A stretch of DNA of 64,000 nucleotides from Saprospiraceae bacterium (lineage in GTDB: Bacteria; Bacteroidota; Bacteroidia; Chitinophagales; Saprospiraceae): NCBI GenBank assembly GCA_019694255.1, contig JAIBCI010000061.1:9952-73951 (forward strand). Direction: 5' to 3'. Position numbers and translations under genes: made by a program. Below are positions 55,373 through 64,000 of the stretch, one piece after another; the stretch's first letter is position 1, and each line of letters begins with the position of its first letter. Below the pieces are notes generated by a model. That model made no database searches, was not told the DNA's origin, and saw only the letters and a program-made list of their open reading frames with translations.

Positions 55373-56155
55373 CTAATGAAAAAACGGACTAATATTTTGA
55401 TCTTCAATTCTCGATAATTCTTCATAAGTGCCCAGCGCTTTGCATCGTCCGTCGACAAGGACTGCAATACGGTCAGCGGTGCGCTTAACGCAATTCATGT
55501 CGTGACTGATAATCAGCGCCGATGTGCCATATTTCTCCCTGATCTTATTGATCAGCGTTATAATTTCAAGGCTTGTGATCGGATCCAGTCCGGTCGTCGG
55601 CTCATCATATAAAATTATACTTGGCTTGAGAATAAGCGTCCGTGCAAGGGCAATGCGTTTTCTCATACCACCGGACAGTTCGGCCGGCAGCATGTCCAGC
55701 GTGTGTTCAAGTCCGACATTGGCAAGCGCTTCCATAACCAATACAAGTTCATCTTTCGGATCCAGCTGTATCGTGTGTCTTCTTAAAGGAAATTCAAGAT
55801 TTTCGCGTACCGTCATTGAGTCATAAAGTGCATTGCTCTGAAACAGGAATCCGACCTTGACCCGCAGCCTGTCCAATTCTTCGCTGTCCAGTGAAAGAAC
55901 ATCTTCACCGAGCACATTGATTTCGCCGGAATCAGGTTCAAGTAGTCCGATAATGCATTTGATCAGTACTGATTTGCCGGAACCAGACTTGCCCAGCACA
56001 ACCAGGTTTTCACCTTGATGTAATTCGACATTGAACTCTCTCAACACATGATTATTTCCAAATGACTTGGATAGCTTACGCACGCGCAGAACAATATCCT
56101 CCGTCGTTTTCAGAGATGCTGCGTCTTTCGTTGCTGATTCTGTTGTGCGGTTCAT
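55373..56155 (-). CDS. ABC transporter ATP-binding protein (MlaF-like)
   Basis: All canonical motifs are intact: GKSGSGKS, Q-loop FLFQSNAL, LSGGMRKRIALARTL, ILYDEPTTGLD and the H-loop IISHD. Confidence 0.9.
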   Translation of the reverse strand: MNRTTESATKDAASLKTTEDIVLRVRKLSKSFGNNHVLREFNVELHQGENLVVLGKSGSGKSVLIKCIIGLLEPDSGEINVLGEDVLSLDSEELDRLRVKVGFLFQSNALYDSMTVRENLEFPLRRHTIQLDPKDELVLVMEALANVGLEHTLDMLPAELSGGMRKRIALARTLILKPSIILYDEPTTGLDPITSLEIITLINKIREKYGTSALIISHDMNCVKRTADRIAVLVDGRCKALGTYEELSRIEDQNISPFFH

Positions 56156-56160
56156 CCACT

Positions 56161-56931
56161 CTAATATTGAAAAAAGTCCGCAATCTGCACCGCGATGAGA
56201 TCTATTATAAATATCATAACCGAAGATACGACCACAGAACTATTGGCTGAGTTGCCAACGCCTTCTGTCCCTTTGTCAGAAAAATATCCTTTGAAACAGC
56301 CAATAATTCCAACGGCAAAACCAAAGAAAAATGTTTTGATAAATGCCGGGATAAAATCAATGTAAATCAGGTTTTCAAAAACCTTGTGGTAAAACAAATT
56401 CAGGTTGAGCGGCTCATACATGAGCTCTCCAAGATAGGATCCAAATAAAGCGATGGCGTCTGCAATTAATACCAGCACCGGCAGCATGAGGGTGGTAGCC
56501 AACGTCCTCGTCACCACAAGATATTTAAAAGGATTTGTCCCGGATACCTCCATGGCATCAATTTGTTCTGTAACATTCATCGAACCCAGTTCCGCACCAA
56601 TGCTTGAACCAATTTTTCCGGCAAAAATCAGCGCCGTCAGAATCGGCCCGATTTCTCTTACAATAGAAATTCCAACCATCGCAGGGATCTGGACTTCGAC
56701 ACCATACTTTACCATTGAAGGTCTAAGCTGCATGGTCAGTACCAGCCCTATGATAAAAGCTGTCAAAGCGACCAATGGAAGACTTCTATAACCCAGAACA
56801 TAACACTGTTTGATAAATTCCGCGTATTCAAACCTTGACCTGAATCCTTCTCTGAAGAACCTCCAGGTAAATCTAGACATATCACCTGCTTCACGAATAA
56901 ACGTACTCAGATCTTTTGGAATTTGGATCAT
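56161..56931 (-). CDS. MlaE-family ABC transporter permease
   Basis: 256 aa. The conserved MlaE core is REIGPILTALIFAGKIGSSIGAELGSMNVTEQIDAMEVSGTNP. Confidence 0.9.
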   Translation of the reverse strand: MIQIPKDLSTFIREAGDMSRFTWRFFREGFRSRFEYAEFIKQCYVLGYRSLPLVALTAFIIGLVLTMQLRPSMVKYGVEVQIPAMVGISIVREIGPILTALIFAGKIGSSIGAELGSMNVTEQIDAMEVSGTNPFKYLVVTRTLATTLMLPVLVLIADAIALFGSYLGELMYEPLNLNLFYHKVFENLIYIDFIPAFIKTFFFGFAVGIIGCFKGYFSDKGTEGVGNSANSSVVVSSVMIFIIDLIAVQIADFFQY

Positions 56932-57053
56932 CTGAATTTAAACTATCATAGAATACTATATCAACGTTTCAAAAGCTTAAACGGTTTGATCGAACAGCCA
57001 ATATGCGTCTCATTATGCTTCAGCATGAACGCGAGATCAACGAAAGTGAATTT

Positions 57054-57557
57054 TTATTTTTGATTTACTGACTCCAAATGGATGTGCATGATTGGTTGTG
57101 ATCGTGTAAGACGCGCACTTTTTTTCAGCTGATTATATTCAAATCGAACGATATTCTGCTGTTCTGCAAATTCTTCAAAAAGCAGCCTGTTCTCAATGTG
57201 AATATCCACTGGCATAAAACTAATGACTTCTGACTGAAGATATACATTTACCTTGTCTTTGTCTAATTCATACCCCAGGTAATCAAGGCCGAAGTTATTA
57301 CCATCCAGCCGTACCTGAAAGAATCTTTCGACATAGTGTTCCACCATCTCATTCATACTCGCTGAATCACCCTTTGGCCCCAGATCAACTGCTGCCTTGA
57401 ATTGCTTTTTCAGCGCATCTTCAAAATCATGTGAAGTCAGACTGATACTGATTTCAAAAATATCTTCGTCCGGATTATAATTCAATTCCGAGGTACTGAC
57501 GTAATGCGGATGGACAAACCAGACCATGGATTGGATCAATAATAGTAATTCGATCAT
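57054..57557 (-). CDS. DUF6702-like hypothetical protein
   Basis: 167 aa. HPHYVSTSELNYNPDEDIFEISISLTSHDFE resembles the N-terminal signature of that family as I recall it. It is divergent from the M1 peptidase gene. Confidence 0.45.
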   Translation of the reverse strand: MIELLLLIQSMVWFVHPHYVSTSELNYNPDEDIFEISISLTSHDFEDALKKQFKAAVDLGPKGDSASMNEMVEHYVERFFQVRLDGNNFGLDYLGYELDKDKVNVYLQSEVISFMPVDIHIENRLLFEEFAEQQNIVRFEYNQLKKSARLTRSQPIMHIHLESVNQK

Positions 57558-57609
57558 GCAACAAAGATACTAACTACGAAAGTCTTCGTTGTGAATATAA
57601 TAATCTCAT

Positions 57610-57626
57610 TAACTTTGTACAAAGTT
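57610..57626 (+). promoter_or_regulatory. -7 box TAACTTTG (57610-57617) embedded in a perfect 16-bp palindrome AACTTTGTACAAAGTT (57611-57626)
   Basis: Exact TAnnTTTG ending 17 nt upstream of ATG 57635. The palindrome was verified base by base. Confidence 0.45.
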
Positions 57627-57634
57627 CACAAGCT

Positions 57635-60040
57635 ATGACCAGACTGATATTGATTTTGGTTTTATATAACGCTATAAATATCAACCTTTTATCACAAAAC
57701 ATCAAAAACAACCCCTCATCCTCTCATGGCAACAAATTTGAGCAGTTGGGGATCATTCTACCGGATCCGGGGCCATACAGGACCGCGGCTGGGGCTCCGG
57801 GAGAGGCATACTGGCAACAAAAGGCTGACTACAAGATCAAGGCCAGGCTGGACGAAGAAGATTTCAGATTGTACGGTTCTGAGTGGATCAGCTATCACAA
57901 TCAATCCCCTCATGAATTACACTATCTCTGGCTTCAACTGGATGAAAACCAGCATAAAAGCGATGATGAATTTCGCAAGGCCAACCCTAGCAATTGGGAT
58001 CCGCCATTTTATGAAAATACTGTAGCACAAATGGATCATGATCAGCAGTACAAAGATCTCGGCGTCAATATTACCAAAGTAACTGATGCGGCTGGTAATA
58101 ACATGCCGTATGTCATTAATGGAACCATGATGCGTATTGACCTGTCGTCAACCCTTAAATCAAAATCTTCCGTCAAATTTTTTGTAGCATGGAACTACAA
58201 AATTCCCAACCGTTTAACCGTTGGAGGAAGGGGTGGTTTTGAAAAAATAGAGGATGACGGTAATTGTTTGTTTACCATGTCCCAATGGTATCCACGGATG
58301 TGCGTTTATTCTGATTTTCAGGGATGGCAGAATAAACAATTTACCGGACGGGCGGAATTTGCATTGACTTTTGGGGACTTCGATGTTGAGATGGATGTTC
58401 CTTCGGACCATGTGATTGCGTCTACGGGTGAATGCCAGAATTACAAAAGCGTATTAACAGATGTGCAGTGGCAGCGATACCAAAACGCAATTCAAAAAAA
58501 TGGGGAGGTTACTGAGATTGTTACGCTGGCAGAGGCTACACGCAAAGAAAGTAGCAGATCCAAAGAGCGAAAGGTCTGGCACTATAAAGCCAGCAATGTC
58601 AGAGACTTTGCCTGGGGCACCAGCCGCAAATTTGTTTGGGATCTGATGCCGATTCAGATCGGAGGTCACAGAACGCTTTGCATGAGTTATTACGGCAAGG
58701 AAGCCTATGGTCTGTACCGTCGTTATTCGACCAAGACCGTTGCCCATACGATCCGCACCTACTCCAAATATACGATAGACTATCCGTATCCGGTCGCTAT
58801 CAGTGTTGAAGCTTCTAATGGAATGGAGTATCCAATGATATGCTTCAATTACGGCAGGACAGAGAAAGATGGTAGTTATTCTGAAGGCACCAAGTACGGG
58901 ATGATTTCGGTTATCATTCATGAAGTGGGACACAATTTTTTTCCCATGATCATCAACAGCGATGAGCGCCAATGGACCTGGATGGATGAAGGCCTGAATA
59001 CATTTGTACAGTTTCTTGCAGAGCAGGAGTTTGATAATAATTATCCTTCTGGTCGGGGGTTTCCTGAGAATATTACAGACTATATGCGTCTGCCCAAGGA
59101 ACAACTGGAACCCATTATGACCAACAGCGACAACCTGATCCACTTTGGCAGTAACGCTTATGCCAAGACAGCCACAGGTCTCAATATTCTTCGCGAGACG
59201 GTGATGGGAAGAGCGCTGTTTGATAAAGCTTTCAAGACCTACGCACAAAGCTGGAAATTTAAACATCCGACTCCGGCAGACTTTTTCAGAACCATGGAAG
59301 ATGCTTCAGCTGTTGACCTGGACTGGTTCTGGCGTGGATGGTTCTTTGATATCGAACCGACAGACATTTCGATAGATTCCGTATTGGCTTATCGGTTTAC
59401 ATCGGAGCGTCAGGCCACAGACTCATCCGGTTCGAAAGTCCAGCGGGCCACTGTTGCCAAGCCTGCACCATCACCTATGCAACGATATGAACCCCTCTCC
59501 AAGTTGCGCAACAGGCAATCCGGCATACAATTTCTGGTAAACACGGACACAACCCTCAGGGACTTTTACTACTATTATGATGTTAGTAAGGAAAAAGAAG
59601 AACAACCCGCACCACAAAACCCTGCACCAAAACGCAGCAACGCATTGCCGGATCTGGCTGATAGCAGCACTTTTGAACTTTATAAGGACTACTATGTCTA
59701 TGAGATCAGCTTTACCAATAAAGGAGGAATGATCATGCCGCTGATCCTGATGTGGTATTACCAGGATGGCACTCAGGAACTGGAGCACATTCATCCGTAT
59801 GTCTGGAGACAAAATGAAAAACAACTGGTCAAGACATTTATTAAGCATAAAGAAGTCAAATCCATAACGCTGGACCCATATCGTGAGACGGCTGATATTG
59901 ATGAAAGCAATAACGTATGGAATCAGACTTCCCCGATGACGAAATTCGAGTTATTCAAATCAAAGCAACAAGGCCAGGGAGGAAGACGTCAAGCCGCTGC
60001 CGGATCCAACCCCATGCAAAAAGCGATGAAGAAAAAATAA
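57635..60040 (+). CDS. M1-family zinc metallopeptidase (aminopeptidase N fold), secreted
   Basis: 801 aa with the signal ...NINLLSQ. The zinc site is HEVGHNFFPMIINSDERQWTWMDEG (HExxH-18-E), with an upstream GMEYPMI exopeptidase-like motif. Confidence 0.9.
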   Translation: MTRLILILVLYNAININLLSQNIKNNPSSSHGNKFEQLGIILPDPGPYRTAAGAPGEAYWQQKADYKIKARLDEEDFRLYGSEWISYHNQSPHELHYLWLQLDENQHKSDDEFRKANPSNWDPPFYENTVAQMDHDQQYKDLGVNITKVTDAAGNNMPYVINGTMMRIDLSSTLKSKSSVKFFVAWNYKIPNRLTVGGRGGFEKIEDDGNCLFTMSQWYPRMCVYSDFQGWQNKQFTGRAEFALTFGDFDVEMDVPSDHVIASTGECQNYKSVLTDVQWQRYQNAIQKNGEVTEIVTLAEATRKESSRSKERKVWHYKASNVRDFAWGTSRKFVWDLMPIQIGGHRTLCMSYYGKEAYGLYRRYSTKTVAHTIRTYSKYTIDYPYPVAISVEASNGMEYPMICFNYGRTEKDGSYSEGTKYGMISVIIHEVGHNFFPMIINSDERQWTWMDEGLNTFVQFLAEQEFDNNYPSGRGFPENITDYMRLPKEQLEPIMTNSDNLIHFGSNAYAKTATGLNILRETVMGRALFDKAFKTYAQSWKFKHPTPADFFRTMEDASAVDLDWFWRGWFFDIEPTDISIDSVLAYRFTSERQATDSSGSKVQRATVAKPAPSPMQRYEPLSKLRNRQSGIQFLVNTDTTLRDFYYYYDVSKEKEEQPAPQNPAPKRSNALPDLADSSTFELYKDYYVYEISFTNKGGMIMPLILMWYYQDGTQELEHIHPYVWRQNEKQLVKTFIKHKEVKSITLDPYRETADIDESNNVWNQTSPMTKFELFKSKQQGQGGRRQAAAGSNPMQKAMKKK

Positions 60041-60093
60041 AGTCATCGGTCTAAGTTCTCAGGTCATGTATCGTCTGATTATTCACTTTTAGA

Positions 60094-60792
60094 CTATTTT
60101 GGCATGTAACGGCTTTGGATATATTTAATGGTGCGGCCTTCGCTCAGGTGTATTTTTTCATAATACGTGCGAATCTCAAGCTCCGGTGTGATTGATGATT
60201 GTTGATATACATCATTGTAATGATTGATAATCTCAAAATCATTGTCGGAAGACAATGTTGTGAGACCAAATTCATAGAGCGGTGTATTGTCGGTCTTAAG
60301 ATGTAGCAGGGCACCCGGTCGGAGTATTTGTTTATAGGTCTTGAGGTAAGGAACAGATATTAGCCTTCGGTTTGATTTACTGGGACGCGGAAATGGATCC
60401 GGAAAAGTGATCCAGATCTCATCCACTTCATCTTTTGCAAAAAAAGTTGGAATAAGTTCTATTCTCGTTCGCACAAATGCGACTTGCGAAAGATCTTCTG
60501 CGAGTGCCGTTGCGGCTCCCTTCCAAATCCTTGCGCCTTTGATGTCAATGCCGATGTAATTTTTTTTCGCATTCAACCTGGCGAGGCCTAAAGAATACTC
60601 TCCTCTTCCACAAGCCAGTTCCAGTGTAAGGGGGAAGTCGTTTCGAAAATATTTTTCTTTCCATTGCCCGCGGTAATCGACGGGCTTATTGTAAGCAGCG
60701 TAAAGTCTGGGATCTTCAAAATTAAAATTTTCAAATACATTGGGAAATTGAAGGTTTTCAGCAAATTTTTCTAGTTTGGATCTCTTACCCAT
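60094..60792 (-). CDS. trmB: tRNA (guanine46-N7)-methyltransferase
   Basis: 232 aa. It has the SAM motif LELACGRGEYSLGLA, plus IGIDIKG and FPDPFPRPSKSNRRL, typical of TrmB. Confidence 0.9.
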   Translation of the reverse strand: MGKRSKLEKFAENLQFPNVFENFNFEDPRLYAAYNKPVDYRGQWKEKYFRNDFPLTLELACGRGEYSLGLARLNAKKNYIGIDIKGARIWKGAATALAEDLSQVAFVRTRIELIPTFFAKDEVDEIWITFPDPFPRPSKSNRRLISVPYLKTYKQILRPGALLHLKTDNTPLYEFGLTTLSSDNDFEIINHYNDVYQQSSITPELEIRTYYEKIHLSEGRTIKYIQSRYMPK

Positions 60793-60798
60793 CGACCG

Positions 60799-61614
60799 TT
60801 ACAATTCTTTTCCCAACAAATCAAAAAAATCAACAAAGTGTACTTCATCAACTGGCAATTCTCCCGGCGGATGATCCAGTTCGATATAACTTCCCGGATC
60901 CTGCAATAAAGACCTGAGATGTGTTGCGGATTCCGGAGCAATGTCCGAACTGTTTCTATTAATCATCAGTACCAGCGGGCTGATTATATTTTGAATATAT
61001 TCGAAAGTGTTGAAATCATACTTTAAGTCTCGGGGTAACAATACGAGTGCTGGCAACTTGAGCCTAAACCACTCGCGGATACCATAGATTGGATTTATTA
61101 AGACCACCAATCTGCACGGGCTCAGATTGGCCAGATAAGCTGCAGCGACAGCGCCGAGACCATATCCCACGATGATCACGCTATCCTGGCCAACCTGATT
61201 TTTAAGCCACGAATAACTTAACTGCGCATCTTCGTACCAGTTAAACTCAGAAGGTCTTGAATCTGATTTTCCATACCCCCTGTAATCCGGAAATGCAACC
61301 GAATATTGGCGTTCCGTAAAAAATCTTGCGAATTTGGATGCCCAGTAATCCGCACTTTTGTCTGCACCGTGTAGAAATAAAATATGTGCCTTTACCGGCA
61401 ACTCAGGTCTGAACTGCAGTACATTGAATTTTTCTTCATTAGGCTGGCTAAGTTTAAACTCAGTGTGCGGTATATCAAAATGATATACTGTATTCTGACT
61501 GTGTCTGACCGGGTTAAAAACAATAAAATCAATCAGGATATAAACAAAAAATATTCCGATGACATAGAGCATCATCAGGGTAGATACCAATATGATGAGT
61601 CTTCTGAGGGTCAT
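60799..61614 (-). CDS. Alpha/beta-hydrolase-fold protein, membrane-anchored, with Gly in place of the nucleophile Ser
   Basis: 271 aa with an N-terminal TM. It has ILFLHGADKS (oxyanion region) and the nucleophile elbow VIIVGYGLGAVAA (G-Y-G-L-G instead of G-x-S-x-G). Confidence 0.75.
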   Translation of the reverse strand: MTLRRLIILVSTLMMLYVIGIFFVYILIDFIVFNPVRHSQNTVYHFDIPHTEFKLSQPNEEKFNVLQFRPELPVKAHILFLHGADKSADYWASKFARFFTERQYSVAFPDYRGYGKSDSRPSEFNWYEDAQLSYSWLKNQVGQDSVIIVGYGLGAVAAAYLANLSPCRLVVLINPIYGIREWFRLKLPALVLLPRDLKYDFNTFEYIQNIISPLVLMINRNSSDIAPESATHLRSLLQDPGSYIELDHPPGELPVDEVHFVDFFDLLGKEL

Positions 61615-61820
61615 CAGCGGTAAAGTTAAAAAATGAGCCTGTTAATGAAGGACAATTGCCCAAGTATTGAAATAAAAACTCCTGAAATCAGTTTATAAAA
61701 AAGATCTGTTTAAATATAAGATTTTGAATACGATAGAATTAAACATAATAAATACCGCTAATATATTAAAATAATTATGGCTTAATTTTTGCCTCGAAGT
61801 ATCCGGATTTCAGGCCGGAT

Positions 61821-63797
61821 TTATTTCTTGAAGAAGAAACCTCCGCTGACCATTTGATCATCCTCACTTGCCCTGTAATAGTAAATGCCCTGCGAAAGAC
61901 CCTGCACATCTACCCTGAATATCACTGTATTGTGATTTTCCTTCAAAACCAATTTTCCTGACTGATCGAAAACTTCAAACAGCGTATTTATAACGTTACC
62001 CGGATACATAATTTCGATAAAGTGATCTGCTGGATTGGGAAAACAAAGGACTTGCTGTACCTGCCCGCTACCCGTTTGCCGAAATTCAAGATAGTATTCA
62101 TTTAAATCAAGGTCAAAATACCGCGGTTCAATAAAATTACTATTCCGGAATAGATCAGCAGATTCTTGTGCGTCTAAGTTCTGATGAATCCGTAAGGTCA
62201 GAATTGGCGTATTTTGTTTCCACTCCAATAAGTCACCAGTGCTGTGACTGATTCTGAGTTCATTTTGCGAAATAAAGAAAGCATCTGAAGGCAGCTGGGA
62301 ATTGATCACTTCTGCTTTAATAATTGTTGAAGGCAATGTCCAGGATCCCTGAAATCCGCTGATCTTCGATTCCAGTGCGTGCAGATAAATATCAACTTCC
62401 GTTCCGGAAGTTCCTTGTCTGAGTTTATAATCCAGAAAAACATCTTGATCAGGTGTAATATTTCTAGATTGCAACACATATCCCGGCTCCCGGTAACTCA
62501 GATCCACATCGCCCATTTTAAGGGCGAGCACATCCGCATTGAATTTGGGAAAAGTCGTCAACGTAACGCCCTGAAACAGTGCATTGCCGCCGCTCATCCA
62601 GTCAGGTCTGTAAAAATACCATGGCAGCACTTTTTGAAACGTATGAATGACCCCAAGAAGTAATTTCCTGATTTCGGCAATATCGGAAGACGCAACATTA
62701 AAGTTGGCATTCACATCCGCTGCAATTAACAAGAGTGGATCTGTTATGAGTTGCTTGCCTAGGATGTGCTTCTGAATAATAATAATATCCTTGGTATTTA
62801 ATCCGTCGAGTATCTGAGATCGTTTGACGAAGTTATACTCCATGAATCCGGTATTCTTCTTTTTAAGTTTGAAACCATATTGCAACCCACCGTTTTGAGA
62901 GACGCAGAATTTATCAATATTACTTAAATCTTTGATGTTGATAGAGTCCGGATATACCCGAATGCTATTGGCTGTTGCAATCAATCCACCCACATCGCCT
63001 GTCTCTGACATATTGGTCAGCGTGGTTGAATTGAGCTGCGTGCATTTGAAGCCATCTGTAATCACTGCAGAATAATTTCCTGCCGTAAGATTCGTGATGG
63101 TGCGAGTTGTTGCCCCCGTATTCCACTGATAGGTATACGGAGCAAACTCACCTTTAGGACTCAATGAGATTTCACCCTCTGCACCGCACAAATGGGTTAC
63201 TGTACTTTTGTTTTGATCAAAACTGTACTGATAATCGTTGAGCGTAATATTTGTCGTACGCTTAACGACTGTACCGCTGCAACGATCCATAATGGACCAC
63301 TCGCGCTTTATCTTCACCGGCACGTTGCACATGTTCGACACCTTGGTATCGATAAAGCTCACATCCAACGCACCCAGTGATGGACCAAATCCCGTGATCG
63401 CTTGAGACAAGGTCTTGTCTCTGGGATAATTGAGTGTGGTGTCCGTCGGTAGTCTTAATTGAGAGGGGGTTAGAAAACTGATATAAATGCTCTGCGTACA
63501 TCTTTCAGTATTGCCAATGGCATTGCGAATAGTAAATATTCTGGTGACCAAATCATTACGGTTCGAGCAATTACCTTTTGAAAAAATTTCAATGTAACTA
63601 ATTGTCACCGCTCCGCCGTCATTCATCACAACTTTCGGAAATCCTGTCACCGAGGTATCATACTTCTGTCCCTCCGATATCGTCACATTGGCGGGACATT
63701 CAACAAGCAAGGTCTGAGGTGACAGGGAGTTTGAGTTTTTTCCTGCTTCTGCTCGAATGATCATCGGCAGAAAGAGGAAGATCATCAAGTTCCTCAT
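61821..63797 (-). CDS. Large secreted protein with SprB repeat, dockerin-like segment and T9SS C-terminal domain
   Basis: 658 aa. The SprB repeat is GEISLSPKGEFAPYTYQWNTGATTRTITNLTAGNYSAVITDGFKC. The dockerin-like pair is LNTKDIIIIQKHILG / DVNANFNVASSDIAEIRKLLLG. The Por tail is LCFPNPADHFIEIMY...GIYYYRA. Confidence 0.7.
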   Translation of the reverse strand: MRNLMIFLFLPMIIRAEAGKNSNSLSPQTLLVECPANVTISEGQKYDTSVTGFPKVVMNDGGAVTISYIEIFSKGNCSNRNDLVTRIFTIRNAIGNTERCTQSIYISFLTPSQLRLPTDTTLNYPRDKTLSQAITGFGPSLGALDVSFIDTKVSNMCNVPVKIKREWSIMDRCSGTVVKRTTNITLNDYQYSFDQNKSTVTHLCGAEGEISLSPKGEFAPYTYQWNTGATTRTITNLTAGNYSAVITDGFKCTQLNSTTLTNMSETGDVGGLIATANSIRVYPDSINIKDLSNIDKFCVSQNGGLQYGFKLKKKNTGFMEYNFVKRSQILDGLNTKDIIIIQKHILGKQLITDPLLLIAADVNANFNVASSDIAEIRKLLLGVIHTFQKVLPWYFYRPDWMSGGNALFQGVTLTTFPKFNADVLALKMGDVDLSYREPGYVLQSRNITPDQDVFLDYKLRQGTSGTEVDIYLHALESKISGFQGSWTLPSTIIKAEVINSQLPSDAFFISQNELRISHSTGDLLEWKQNTPILTLRIHQNLDAQESADLFRNSNFIEPRYFDLDLNEYYLEFRQTGSGQVQQVLCFPNPADHFIEIMYPGNVINTLFEVFDQSGKLVLKENHNTVIFRVDVQGLSQGIYYYRASEDDQMVSGGFFFKK

Positions 63798-64000
63798 GTT
63801 TACTTATTTGATGGTAAATTTAGCAATTTTCGTTGAAAAATGGATATCGGCCAAAATTCTGGATGGGTATATTTTTCAGATAAAAATTAAACCTAATGTA
63901 TAATATATTATTAGTCAAAAATTTTTAAAAAATAAGGTGATATATACATCAAATAAATATTTCAAAATGACTGCCATTCAGTCCGCTACGCAAGGCTTTG

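Noticed and set aside
58454-59266. 270-aa ORF antisense to the M1 peptidase gene
   Set aside because: It lies entirely inside a gene with unambiguous M1 motifs (GMEYP, HEVGH-18-E). The antisense translation has no motif, signal or sensible composition, so it is a shadow ORF. The same reasoning applies to 35797..36237, 42545..42991, 42681..43025, 17779..18144, 11534..11944, 45016..45420 and similar tracked ORFs nested in larger genes.
63967-64000. ATG at 63967 opening MTAIQSATQGF at the window edge
   Set aside because: Only 11 codons are visible, which is too short to call a gene or a product.

Overview
This is a 64-kb chromosomal segment that I assign to a Bacteroidota bacterium. The grounds are: 11 proteins ending in Por/T9SS-type C-terminal sorting domains, a SprB repeat, TAnnTTTG -7 promoter boxes about 20 nt upstream of both tRNA genes, and Gln at +1 of most by-eye signal-peptide cleavage sites. 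I support about 48 protein-coding genes, tRNA-Gln(UUG) and tRNA-Glu(UUC). I found no rRNA, no CRISPR array and no intact mobile element; there is one decayed IS66-family transposase relic. Housekeeping genes include gap-pgk, prfC, trmB, an MlaE/F/D-like ABC system, a class III aminotransferase, a fatty-acid desaturase and a CoA-transferase. They also include a Na/Pi cotransporter and a TerC-DUF1304-SLC13 membrane cluster. The rest is mostly secreted or surface proteins: S8, M57, M28/glutaminyl-cyclase-like and M1 peptidases, a beta-helix protein, TPR-CHAT, a plant-type LRR protein, DNRLRE, DUF1566, YHYH, two metallophosphoesterases, CotH and a SprB-repeat protein. The loci I consider most worth follow-up are these. 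(1) An orphan LytTR response regulator sits divergent from an ABC/HlyD/TolC exporter whose ATPase domain keeps Walker A but has lost the Q-loop Gln, LSGGQ, the catalytic Glu and the H-loop His. No cargo gene is visible. (2) An ECF-sigma module (sigma, small membrane protein, LTXXQ protein) heads a tightly packed six-gene unit that ends in four T9SS-tagged proteins (2 metallophosphoesterases, YHYH, DUF1566). (3) A secreted TPR-CHAT protease is divergent from an internally duplicated plant-type LRR T9SS protein. (4) A YceI-barrel-YceI trio is followed by a 740-bp ORF-free region ending in an orphan intrinsic terminator 20 nt before the next start codon. (5) Point-level oddities: an in-frame TAG in a tandem DNRLRE gene, an alpha/beta hydrolase with Gly at the nucleophile position, and a subtilase with Glu at the aligned catalytic Asp position. 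All functional calls are motif recognition by eye on the supplied translations. No database search was run.
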